DNA of 35,910 bases from Candidatus Woesearchaeota archaeon (GTDB lineage: Archaea > Nanobdellota > Nanobdellia > Woesearchaeales > JAZDKJ01), in assembly GCA_043815525.1 (NCBI GenBank), contig JBDRIZ010000050.1, positions 1 through 35,910 on the forward strand. Direction: 5' to 3'. Of this stretch, positions 24,409-32,420 are shown one piece after another (within the stretch, counting starts at the first letter, position 1; each line of letters opens with the position of its first letter). The notes under the pieces were generated by a model. It was given only the letters and a program-made list of their open reading frames with translations. It was not told the origin of the DNA and searched no databases. A program made the position numbers and the translations under genes.

Positions 24409-25968
24409 ATGAGAGTCAAGTTGATAGTCGCTCCGCAGACTAATCCTGACCCTTACTGGAAGCCCCTGCCTCCTTTGGGTGTTGCGACAATAACTTCATA
24501 TCTGCGCAGTAAAGGCTATGATGTCTCGCAGGACGATCTGGACATCAGGACAATTGTTGCTGACAGGACTGTCAGCGCTCCAGGCCAGAAGATTAATCTT
24601 AGTGTGTTCAGGGAGCAGGACAGGGTTAAAGAATATCTCCTTGGCAGTTCCGTCGATCCCTATCTGGAGAGCACTGTGAACAGGCTTCTTTCGTGGACTG
24701 ATTACAAAGGTTATGATGTTGTTGCCATATCCATGGGCATAAGATCGCACCAGCTGATGCCTGCGATGTGCATTGCAAAGAAGATAAAGGAGGAGACAGG
24801 CGCAGCAATTGTTGTCGGTGGCAGGAGAATTTACCCTGAAATCCTAAAAGACTACCAGTTTGTGGATTTCGGAATGCTTGCTGATACAGGAGAGAATTTT
24901 GAGAAGTTGCTTGGTTTTCTGTCAGGTAGCTCTGTCAAAAAATGGGATATTCCTTTTCTCATTTATCGCGATGGCGGGGAGATTAAGATTAATCCTCCAG
25001 ACTCCCTTGACATGGACTCAATAAGCCATCCTGATTATGATGGTCTGCCTCTGGATCTTTACAAGTACAAGCCCCACACAGAATTCCCAGGCCTTCGAGA
25101 AGCTGACGTGCTTATCCTTCCCTATCATGCTATTGAGGGTTGTGTCGGCAAGTGCGCTTTTTGCAGTGGTCATGCAGGAAAGCTTCGCAACAAGTCTCCA
25201 AAGAAGATTGGCGATGATATTGGAAAAATCAAGAAAAAGTTGGGAACAGCAAACTTCATGTTCATGAGTAATGAGATTAACATCAGCTATGATTTCATGG
25301 AGAATTTTGCCAAGTCTTTGATCCCGCACAAAATCTTGTGGACTGATTCTGCAAGGCTTGACGTCTTTGACAAGGAACTTATGAGGCTTACAGCAGAATC
25401 CGGTTGCATCCAGCTTACCTACGGCTTGGAATCAGGCAGTCAGAGGCTGCTAGACAAAATGTGTAAGGGGGTGGATTTGAAAAAGGCAGCCGACATCCTA
25501 AAACATGGCTATAAATTTGGCATCTGGAGCCATGTGAATGTGATTGCAGGCCTTCCATTCGAGACAGATGAGGACATAAAGGAAACAATTGGATTCCTCA
25601 ATGAGAACGCGCAATACATCAATTCTCTTACTGTGACAAAATTCTATGTTGCCTATAACTCTCCAATCGAGAATAATCCAGAAAAATTCGGCTTGGTGCT
25701 AAGAAAGGAAACCCAGGAGAGGTTTTCGAATGTTGTGCTTGACAGCTTCATTTTTGATGAGATTGATGGATTGAAGTGGGAAGAGAAGAAGCTGCAGCAG
25801 GAGAAGTCAGTTGAGATGATTGACAAAGGCTATAAGAAAAAGGCAAGGGCTGTTGTTCCAATCCCATCTCTTTTCTATCTCTACTCGGTTCTTGGCAGGG
25901 ATATGCAAAAAATCGAGGAGACTGTTGATAAGTGCAAAATGCTGAAGTCATATGGTATGTATGGCTAA
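24409..25968 (+). CDS. B12-binding-domain-type radical SAM protein (subfamily trio, member 2)
   Basis: The ORF track gives 24367..25968 (TTG). ATG 24409 gives MRVKLIVAPQ...PPLGVATITSYLRSKGYDVSQDDLDIR, matching the other trio N-termini. Further motifs: IEGCVGKCAFC, ILWTDSARLD, FDEIDGLKWEEKKL. Confidence 0.9.
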   Translation: MRVKLIVAPQTNPDPYWKPLPPLGVATITSYLRSKGYDVSQDDLDIRTIVADRTVSAPGQKINLSVFREQDRVKEYLLGSSVDPYLESTVNRLLSWTDYKGYDVVAISMGIRSHQLMPAMCIAKKIKEETGAAIVVGGRRIYPEILKDYQFVDFGMLADTGENFEKLLGFLSGSSVKKWDIPFLIYRDGGEIKINPPDSLDMDSISHPDYDGLPLDLYKYKPHTEFPGLREADVLILPYHAIEGCVGKCAFCSGHAGKLRNKSPKKIGDDIGKIKKKLGTANFMFMSNEINISYDFMENFAKSLIPHKILWTDSARLDVFDKELMRLTAESGCIQLTYGLESGSQRLLDKMCKGVDLKKAADILKHGYKFGIWSHVNVIAGLPFETDEDIKETIGFLNENAQYINSLTVTKFYVAYNSPIENNPEKFGLVLRKETQERFSNVVLDSFIFDEIDGLKWEEKKLQQEKSVEMIDKGYKKKARAVVPIPSLFYLYSVLGRDMQKIEETVDKCKMLKSYGMYG

Positions 25969-26116
25969 CCATAAGTCAGGTGTGCTTTTGAACTCTGCAT
26001 TGATTTCCACGCTGTACGCTTGCTTCCTTCCACGCCTGGTTAGGAGAGGAAAAAAGCTGTACCAGTTGGAATTCTGCAGCTTGTCTGCCTAGTAATGTGT
26101 GTAACATTACCTAAAT

Positions 26117-26130
26117 GCTTATATACATTT
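26117..26130 (+). promoter_or_regulatory. TATA-like box
   Basis: gcttatatacattt ends 18 nt upstream of ATG 26149. No SD is present. Confidence 0.45.
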
Positions 26131-26148
26131 TTCCAATCACTCTTTTGA

Positions 26149-27267
26149 ATGGAGCATGGTGTTGCGATTGATGTTGGCACCACAAACTTAAGCATCTCTT
26201 TGGTAAATCTATCCACCAAGGCTGTTCTTGGCAGTCTTTCCTTGCCAAATCCCCAGTCAAAATATGGTGCAGACATCCTGACAAGGTATTCTGCTGCTGT
26301 TAAGGACTGTTCTGTCAGGCTGGAGCTGCACTCAATGATTGTTAGTGTGTTAAGGGACTCTGTCCGCAAGATTTGTGCAGACCATCCTTCATGCAAGGTT
26401 GGCAGGCTTGTGATAGTGGGCAACACAATCATGTATGCTTTTCTTATGAACGAGGATTGCATGAATTTTATCAGGAGAAAAACGACTATTTCTGATTATC
26501 ATGCTGTTGAAGGCCCTGTGATTGTTTCAGGAGTGAAAACCATGGTATTCCCTCCTTTGGCAAGCTATGTTGGCTCTGATGCGCTTGCAGTCCTTTTGAG
26601 CACAGGAATCCACAAATCTGAATCAGTTCAGATGGTTGTTGACTTTGGCACTAACTCTGAGATTCTTGTCGGAAATAGGGACAGAATACTGCTAACCTCT
26701 GTTGCAGGCGGTGCAGCTTTTGAGGACCCTTCAATGTCTTTCAGCAGCCAAGCTGCAGATGGTGCAGTATATCAGGCAAGCTACTATGAAGGTTCGTTCG
26801 CATTCAAATTTCTTGGCAAAAAGGCCTTGTCATTATGCGGGTCAGGGATACTTGACATTGTGGCAGAGGCAAAAAGGCATGGGTTGATTGACGCTTCAGG
26901 AAGGTTGGCAGGTAATGGTATCATGCTGACAGAATCAATAAGTATCACCCAAAAGGATATAAGGGCAGTCCAGCTTGCAAAAGCTGCCACAAGGGCTGCA
27001 ATTGATATTCTGACTGCAAGCACAGGTAAGGTAACGAAGCTTTATGTGGCAGGTAATTTCGGCAATTACCTGAATCTTGACAATGCCAGGTTAATAGGTT
27101 TGATTCCAGCTCTTGACAGCCAGATAGTAAAAGACTGCGCTGTCAAGGGCGCTGCTATGTTGCTTGAAGACCTGGATTTGGCTCAGATAATTTCAAGGCT
27201 TGAGTTTGTTGACTTGCCCAGCCATCCCTCATTCCAGGAGCGTTTCATTGGCAGTATGGTATTATGA
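26149..27267 (+). CDS. ASKHA-fold ATPase, DUF4445 / corrinoid reductive-activase-like (RACo/RamA C-terminal domain type), without an Fe-S domain
   Basis: The phosphate-1 motif is AIDVGTTNLS, the phosphate-2 motif is VVDFGTNSEILVG, followed by SVAGGAAFE and LCGSGILD. At 372 aa it has no Cys cluster resembling a [2Fe-2S] or [4Fe-4S] ferredoxin domain. Confidence 0.85.
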   Translation: MEHGVAIDVGTTNLSISLVNLSTKAVLGSLSLPNPQSKYGADILTRYSAAVKDCSVRLELHSMIVSVLRDSVRKICADHPSCKVGRLVIVGNTIMYAFLMNEDCMNFIRRKTTISDYHAVEGPVIVSGVKTMVFPPLASYVGSDALAVLLSTGIHKSESVQMVVDFGTNSEILVGNRDRILLTSVAGGAAFEDPSMSFSSQAADGAVYQASYYEGSFAFKFLGKKALSLCGSGILDIVAEAKRHGLIDASGRLAGNGIMLTESISITQKDIRAVQLAKAATRAAIDILTASTGKVTKLYVAGNFGNYLNLDNARLIGLIPALDSQIVKDCAVKGAAMLLEDLDLAQIISRLEFVDLPSHPSFQERFIGSMVL

Positions 27268-28610
27268 GGGTCTGCCTGGTTTATCCGAAATTCAAGTATG
27301 CCTGCGGAGACCCTCCCTTAGGTATTCTGTACATTGCTGCTTATCTGCGCCAGCATGAAATTCCTGTTTCAGTGATTGACACTACATTTAATCCTTCGAT
27401 TTATTTTGTTAGGCAAAAGTTGTTTGATCTGAAGCCAGGAATCGTTGGAATCTACTGCGACACCATGATGTATAATGACTGCCTGAGTATTGCTGCCTTG
27501 GCAAAATCAGTTAATGCAAATGTAATTGTTGGAGGTCCGCACGCTGCAGTGGCTCCTGAGACTTTGATAATGGACAGGAATGTTGACAGTGTATGTGTTG
27601 GTGAGGCAGAACTTACTATGCTTGATTATGTCAAGGCATTGCAGAAAGGCGCTAGTCTTTCGTCTGTTGATGGCATCTGGCACAAGAGCGGCAAGGCTGT
27701 TGTTAAGAACAGGCAGCGCAAGCCAATACAAGATTTGGACAGCCTTCCGTTCCCTGCAAGGGACTTGATTGATTTTGAGAGGCATATTTCGAACTGGTAC
27801 CACTTCAGCCATGTTTCAGGCATTCGAGGCACTTCAATCCTTGCCTCGAGGGGCTGTGTATTCTCGTGCTCCTACTGCCAGCCAACCCTTGACAGGATTT
27901 TTGGGAAAGGGCTAAGGCACAGGTCTCCTGAGAATGTCGTGCAAGAGCTTTTGCAATTGCATAAAATTTACAAAATTAACGCCTTCCATCTTCAGGATGA
28001 TACAGCAACAGTCTCAGATGGCTGGCTCTTTGATTTCTGCAGGCTCATGAGCAGGAAGAATTTTGTTTGGTCATGCAACTCCAGGATTGACACGCTTAAT
28101 GAGGAGAAGGTTATTGCGATGAAGAAGGCTGGTGTTAGGGAGATATATCTTGGAATCGAGAGCGCTTCAGACAGGATTTTGAAGGAAATCTACAACAAGA
28201 CCGCCTCAATAGACCCAAAAGATGCAATCGACATTCTGAAGAGGCATGGATTGAGGGCATTGGGGTATTTCATGCTTGGCGCTCCGACAGAGACATATGA
28301 CGAGGCTGAGTCAACAATCGATTTCGCAGTCAAATCTGACTTGGACATGGCCACTTTTTCAATCTCTACCCCTTTTCCTGGCACCTACATGCACAGCGCT
28401 TTTGTCAGGACTGGTTGTTTTCATGATTTTTCAGAATATGACTACTACCGCTCGAATAAGCACAATATCTCTGAAATACCTGGACGTGATCTGGAGCTGT
28501 TGAAGAGAAAAGCTTACCTCAGGTTTTACCTGCATCCAAAAAGGGTTGGAGGCACTCTGTCTGAGCTAAGGCAGCTTGGCAAGGTCTTGTTAAAGCTTAA
28601 GAGATTTTAG
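27264..28610 (+). CDS. B12-binding-domain-type (class B-like) radical SAM protein
   Basis: ATGA overlap with the upstream gene. Motifs: MRVCLVYPKF...PPLGILYIAAYLRQHEIPVSVID, VIVGGPHA, CVGEAELTMLDYVKAL, ASRGCVFSCSYCQP, YLGIESASD. Confidence 0.92.
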   Translation: MRVCLVYPKFKYACGDPPLGILYIAAYLRQHEIPVSVIDTTFNPSIYFVRQKLFDLKPGIVGIYCDTMMYNDCLSIAALAKSVNANVIVGGPHAAVAPETLIMDRNVDSVCVGEAELTMLDYVKALQKGASLSSVDGIWHKSGKAVVKNRQRKPIQDLDSLPFPARDLIDFERHISNWYHFSHVSGIRGTSILASRGCVFSCSYCQPTLDRIFGKGLRHRSPENVVQELLQLHKIYKINAFHLQDDTATVSDGWLFDFCRLMSRKNFVWSCNSRIDTLNEEKVIAMKKAGVREIYLGIESASDRILKEIYNKTASIDPKDAIDILKRHGLRALGYFMLGAPTETYDEAESTIDFAVKSDLDMATFSISTPFPGTYMHSAFVRTGCFHDFSEYDYYRSNKHNISEIPGRDLELLKRKAYLRFYLHPKRVGGTLSELRQLGKVLLKLKRF

Positions 28611-29244
28611 GTATAGCTATATTTGCGAATTGTACCTCATCTCTTAAATTCTGGCTGCCATTATTTTTGTTGAATCCTGCTATGTCAAAGATTTGGACTG
28701 AGATTGTTGCGTTTGTCTTAAGCATTTTTGCAGGTAGTTCAATCTCAATATAATCTGGCCCTGAGTCAATTCCCAGTCCGGCAATTGTTGCTGGCGCAGG
28801 CTTATTTCCAATATGCTTCCAGACGTATATTCTTGAGTTTGGGATTATCCTTATCTGGTGGTTTTCCTGTCCGAATATGTATAATTCGTATGCAAGCTGG
28901 TCATTTAGGTAGCCGTATGTTGTGAATTTTATGTATGCCTTGTCTTTGTCATTGCTGTAGTACAGGTCTTTTAGGTCCGCCCCCATGTAATCCAGTTTTG
29001 CATCTCCTTTTGGGCTTGTGGCAATCGGCTCTATCCCTGTCCAGTCAATGTCCAGGTTTGAAAAAGCGTCTGTCAATGCCTCTTGGTCTCCAAATTGAGT
29101 TGCTTGGCCTGTAATCGTTTTGTCATGTTTGTCGGTTCTTACTTTGGCAAGCAGGACCAAGGCAAGTATTGCCACTGCAACAACCAGCACAAGTTTACCC
29201 CAGTGTTGTTTGCTGTGATGAGCCAGTTTCTTTTTTCCGACCAT
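28597..29244 (-). CDS. signal-anchored extracytoplasmic protein, paralogue family A (4 of 4)
   Basis: The ORF is open to 29364 (TTG). ATG 29244 gives MVGKKKLAHHSKQHWGKLVLVVAVAILALVLLA, a short tail plus TM as in the paralogues. Blocks: ADLKDLYYSNDKDKAYIKFTT and YELYIFGQENHQIRIIPNSRIYVWKH. The 3' end overlaps the convergent rSAM gene by 14 nt. Confidence 0.75.
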   Translation of the reverse strand: MVGKKKLAHHSKQHWGKLVLVVAVAILALVLLAKVRTDKHDKTITGQATQFGDQEALTDAFSNLDIDWTGIEPIATSPKGDAKLDYMGADLKDLYYSNDKDKAYIKFTTYGYLNDQLAYELYIFGQENHQIRIIPNSRIYVWKHIGNKPAPATIAGLGIDSGPDYIEIELPAKMLKTNATISVQIFDIAGFNKNNGSQNLRDEVQFANIAIPKIS

Positions 29245-29368
29245 AATAAGTGGAGTCAACTTTTTTGGTGCTACGCATACAACTTGTAGGTTTTCCTCCT
29301 CGCGAAGTCTTTGATGAGGAAAACCGTTAGTGCGCTTATCAGCAAACAGTTGATTTATCCCCAATAGG

Positions 29369-29379
29369 TTTTATATATT
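29369..29379 (+). promoter_or_regulatory. TATA-like box
   Basis: ttttatatatt ends 25 nt upstream of ATG 29405. Confidence 0.45.
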
Positions 29380-29404
29380 GTCTATTATTTAAGCATTTGC
29401 AGGG

Positions 29405-30421
29405 ATGGACTCAAAAAGCCGTGTCTTTGCTGTTCTTGAAGGAAATCTTCCTGACAGGGTTCCAGTCTTCCCTGTGGTCGATGAGTATCACGCGCCAAAA
29501 GTTCTTGGCTATGCTGCAAAGGATTGCCTTGTTGATGGAATGAAGATGGCAGAAAGCCTGTTGGCAGCTCTTCGCCTCTATAAGTATGATGGGATTATTG
29601 CCAATCTCGGTCCTGGAAGAGACCCATACAAACAGCTCGGCTGCACAGTTGATCTTGACAGTGGTGACGTAGCGCTTTTCACAGATAATTTAGTTAAAAG
29701 TGAAGAAGACCTGTCAAAGGTTGTGCCACCAGATCTTTTCGGAACAGGCATGCTTGCTCCTGTTCAGCATATCTTGGATAAGGTTGGTGACACTCATTTT
29801 GTTGTGGGGTCTGTGCGAGCTCCTTTTGAGATATCTTACATACAAAGAGGTTCCATGGCCTTCATGTCTGACATTTATGAGAATCCTGGATTTGTCTGTA
29901 AAATGATTAATGTGGCAAAGAAAATCACTCTTGCTCTTGGCGATGCTTTGATTGAGTCAGGAGTCCATGCCCTTGTCGTTAAGGATTCAGTTGCCTCTGC
30001 CTCTATGATATCGCCAGAGCATTACAGTGAGTTTGCTTTCCCTCTTGAGCAGGAAGTAATCAGCCATTTCAGGAAAAAAGTGCCTGTCATCCTTCACATC
30101 TGCAGGAATTCAGAGCCTTTGCTGCAGAAGATGGCAAAGACTCGTGCATCTGTACTGGAAATTGACTCGCTTGTTGACCTGGCAAAAGCAAAAGATCTTG
30201 TTGGCAACAAGGTGGTTATCAAGGGAAATGTTGATTCTGTCGAAGTGCTCGAGAGAGGCAGCACAGAAGTCATAAGGAGATCTGTCGCGAACTGCATGAA
30301 TGCTGCAAAAGCACATGGTAACTATATCCTAAGCACAGGCGATTCTGTACCTAGAGGTTGCAGTATGGATAGTATGAAGAGCTTTGTTGGTCATGGCAAG
30401 GTGCTGGGTCGATATGGATGA
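29405..30421 (+). CDS. uroporphyrinogen-decarboxylase-fold methyltransferase (MtaA/CmuA-like corrinoid-dependent methyltransferase)
   Basis: The N-terminus SRVFAVLEGNLPDRVPVFP is typical of the MtaA/URO-D family. An H231-x-C233 ... C319 pattern (VILHICRN ... VPRGCSMD) matches the HxC...C zinc motif of MT2-type enzymes. Confidence 0.88.
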   Translation: MDSKSRVFAVLEGNLPDRVPVFPVVDEYHAPKVLGYAAKDCLVDGMKMAESLLAALRLYKYDGIIANLGPGRDPYKQLGCTVDLDSGDVALFTDNLVKSEEDLSKVVPPDLFGTGMLAPVQHILDKVGDTHFVVGSVRAPFEISYIQRGSMAFMSDIYENPGFVCKMINVAKKITLALGDALIESGVHALVVKDSVASASMISPEHYSEFAFPLEQEVISHFRKKVPVILHICRNSEPLLQKMAKTRASVLEIDSLVDLAKAKDLVGNKVVIKGNVDSVEVLERGSTEVIRRSVANCMNAAKAHGNYILSTGDSVPRGCSMDSMKSFVGHGKVLGRYG

Positions 30422-31044
30422 ATGATCTCATTAATGCAATAATTGCTGGAGAAAGACAAAAGGCAAAGGCAATCACTGAGTCAATTATTGAAGAGGATTC
30501 TGCGTACGAGATAATCACTAACTCCATATCTAAGGCAATGGAAGTTGTAGGCCAGAGGTACGAGACAGGGGAATACTTTATCCCTGAAATGATTCGTTCT
30601 GCAAAGTGCGCTGAACTTGCTTTTTCTATACTGAAGCCGCATATTAGATTGGAGTCGGTTCAGGAGGGAAAAAAGGTTGTCATCGGAACTGTTAAGGGAG
30701 ATGTCCACGATATTGGCAAGAATATCATGAAATCTGTTCTTGAATGCTCAGGGTTTACAGTGTATGACCTTGGTGTGAATGTCCATCCAAAGCAGTTTAT
30801 TGATAAGATTATTGAAACAGGCAGCACCTTGCTGCTCCTCTCCGCCCTTACAACTGCGACAAGTCTTGCCATGCAGGAGGTCTTGTCCGAATTGGTAAGG
30901 CTTGGCATGCGTGAGAGGGTGAAGGTTCTTGTTGGGGGGGTTTCTGTTAGCGAGTCGTTTGCCAGGAGTATTGGCGCTGACTATTATGGAAGTTCGATTA
31001 AGGAGACTTTGGAGTTTTGCAAAAGTGTGCCTAATTCTGTTTGA
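30418..31044 (+). CDS. corrinoid (cobalamin-binding) protein, MtaC/MtbC-like
   Basis: ATGA overlap with the upstream gene. An N-terminal helical cap is followed by a Rossmann B12 domain with DxHxxG (DVHDIG, aa 95-100, nt 30700-30717), SALT (SxL) and VLVGGVS (GG). Confidence 0.9.
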   Translation: MNDLINAIIAGERQKAKAITESIIEEDSAYEIITNSISKAMEVVGQRYETGEYFIPEMIRSAKCAELAFSILKPHIRLESVQEGKKVVIGTVKGDVHDIGKNIMKSVLECSGFTVYDLGVNVHPKQFIDKIIETGSTLLLLSALTTATSLAMQEVLSELVRLGMRERVKVLVGGVSVSESFARSIGADYYGSSIKETLEFCKSVPNSV

Positions 31045-32281
31045 TTATCCATTTCCAGGCTGGGATTAGTGTTATTGTGCCTTCGTCACTTCTTATTTCT
31101 CTCTCATCTTTCTTGGTGATTAGTAATGCCTCTTTTTGGTTGAAATTCCTCATGAATTCCCTTAATGGCTTAAGGTCTTCCTTGCTGATAGTCTCTTGAT
31201 ATTTTATCTCTATTGGCAGATGGTTGTGGATTATGTCAACTTCATTTCTGTTCTTGTAAAAGCTTGTCGCTTTCAGGTGGTTTATTGCCAGAGTCTCGAC
31301 CATTCGTCCAAAAAAAGCGCTGTCAATGCTTGTTTTGTAGAGAGTAATAATCGCATTGTCAGAGGGATAAGCTCTTTTTTTCTTTCGAAGCGTTGTGATA
31401 TTTCCTGTCCGATAGTTTCCCAGCACTCTTATCAGGAAGCTTTCTTTCAGAAAAGAGATATAATCCTTTATCACTCTCCTGTCTTTGTCAAATTGTCTGC
31501 TTAGCGATTGGTAGTCAATGTACATTCCTGGATTCGCAGCTATCAATTCCAGAAGCACTGTCAGGAATTGTGGGTCTTCTATCTTGAATAATTTTGGGAT
31601 GTCTTTGTAGATGATTTTATCTACCACCAATGTGCTGATGTATTGCTTGTAGTCTTTGTCGCTTTCAATGTCAAAAGTCTCAGGGAATCCCCCTCTTTCA
31701 ACATACTTTATGAACAAAGGCTTGATCCTTGTTTCATATTTTGTGTCTTCTATTTTGCTGAGTCTGAGATACTCCTTGAAGCTGAAAGGTTCTAGGTGAA
31801 AATGGAAAATCCTTCCTGCCAGTGTTTCGCTTGTTTTTTTCCTTATAAAAAGCGATTCTGAACCGCTTATCATGAATTTGATTTTTGGGTAGAGGTCGTA
31901 ATATTTCTTTAGCTCGTTCTCCCAGTTGTTGCATTTCTGTATCTCATCCAGGAAAACATATGTTTTTTCGCTGCGAAAATCCTTGTTTTGAATTTCCTTG
32001 TATGTTTCCAGAACCTCGCTGAGCCCTGCTGAGATATCATCAAAGGAGAAGAATAGTATATTTACCGGAGGAGTATTTTCCCTCAAGAGATGTTCGATAA
32101 CCTGGTAGATTATTGTGGTTTTGCCTATGCGCCTGAGCCCCACTAGGGAGATTATGAATCTCTTTCTAAGATGTTTTTCGATTTCTTTGTATATATCTCT
32201 CTTGAATTGGAGGGCCAGGTCAGGGTCTACGCGTCCTTTTATCCACCAGTGGTTGAACTCCTCCAGTCTTCTGTTTTCCAT
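31031..32281 (-). CDS. AAA-type ATPase with DUF4143-like C-terminal domain
   Basis: The Walker A motif is LVGLRRIGKTT and the Walker B-like motif is YVFLDEIQ. The C-terminal region reads ...ETLAINHL...EVDII..., as in the AAA_14/DUF4143 family. The 3' end overlaps the corrinoid gene by 14 nt. Confidence 0.9.
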   Translation of the reverse strand: MENRRLEEFNHWWIKGRVDPDLALQFKRDIYKEIEKHLRKRFIISLVGLRRIGKTTIIYQVIEHLLRENTPPVNILFFSFDDISAGLSEVLETYKEIQNKDFRSEKTYVFLDEIQKCNNWENELKKYYDLYPKIKFMISGSESLFIRKKTSETLAGRIFHFHLEPFSFKEYLRLSKIEDTKYETRIKPLFIKYVERGGFPETFDIESDKDYKQYISTLVVDKIIYKDIPKLFKIEDPQFLTVLLELIAANPGMYIDYQSLSRQFDKDRRVIKDYISFLKESFLIRVLGNYRTGNITTLRKKKRAYPSDNAIITLYKTSIDSAFFGRMVETLAINHLKATSFYKNRNEVDIIHNHLPIEIKYQETISKEDLKPLREFMRNFNQKEALLITKKDEREIRSDEGTITLIPAWKWIIKQN

Positions 32282-32420
32282 TTTAAGTACATCATAATGT
32301 ACATATTTATAAAACTTGTGGTCATGCTGATGTACATATTCCGCACATGCAAGCTGAAGTATTTGGCAAGGCTCTTGACCTGCATAAGTTTAATAACATT
32401 ACAAAACTACCGTAGCTGAT
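32282..32420. promoter_or_regulatory. divergent promoter region
   Basis: The minus strand reads ttttataaatat (32304-32315) about 22 nt upstream of ATG 32281. On the plus strand, aagtttaataacatt (32386-32400) lies 20 nt upstream of ATG 32421. Confidence 0.45.

Noticed and set aside
29405-31044. Reading the MtaA-like and MtaC-like genes as evidence of methanol- or methylamine-dependent methanogenesis.
   Set aside because: The window has no MtaB/MtmB/MtbB/MttB-type substrate methyltransferase, no mcr or mtr genes, and no CoM-related genes. The genomic context is rSAM tailoring. Host metabolism cannot be inferred from this window.
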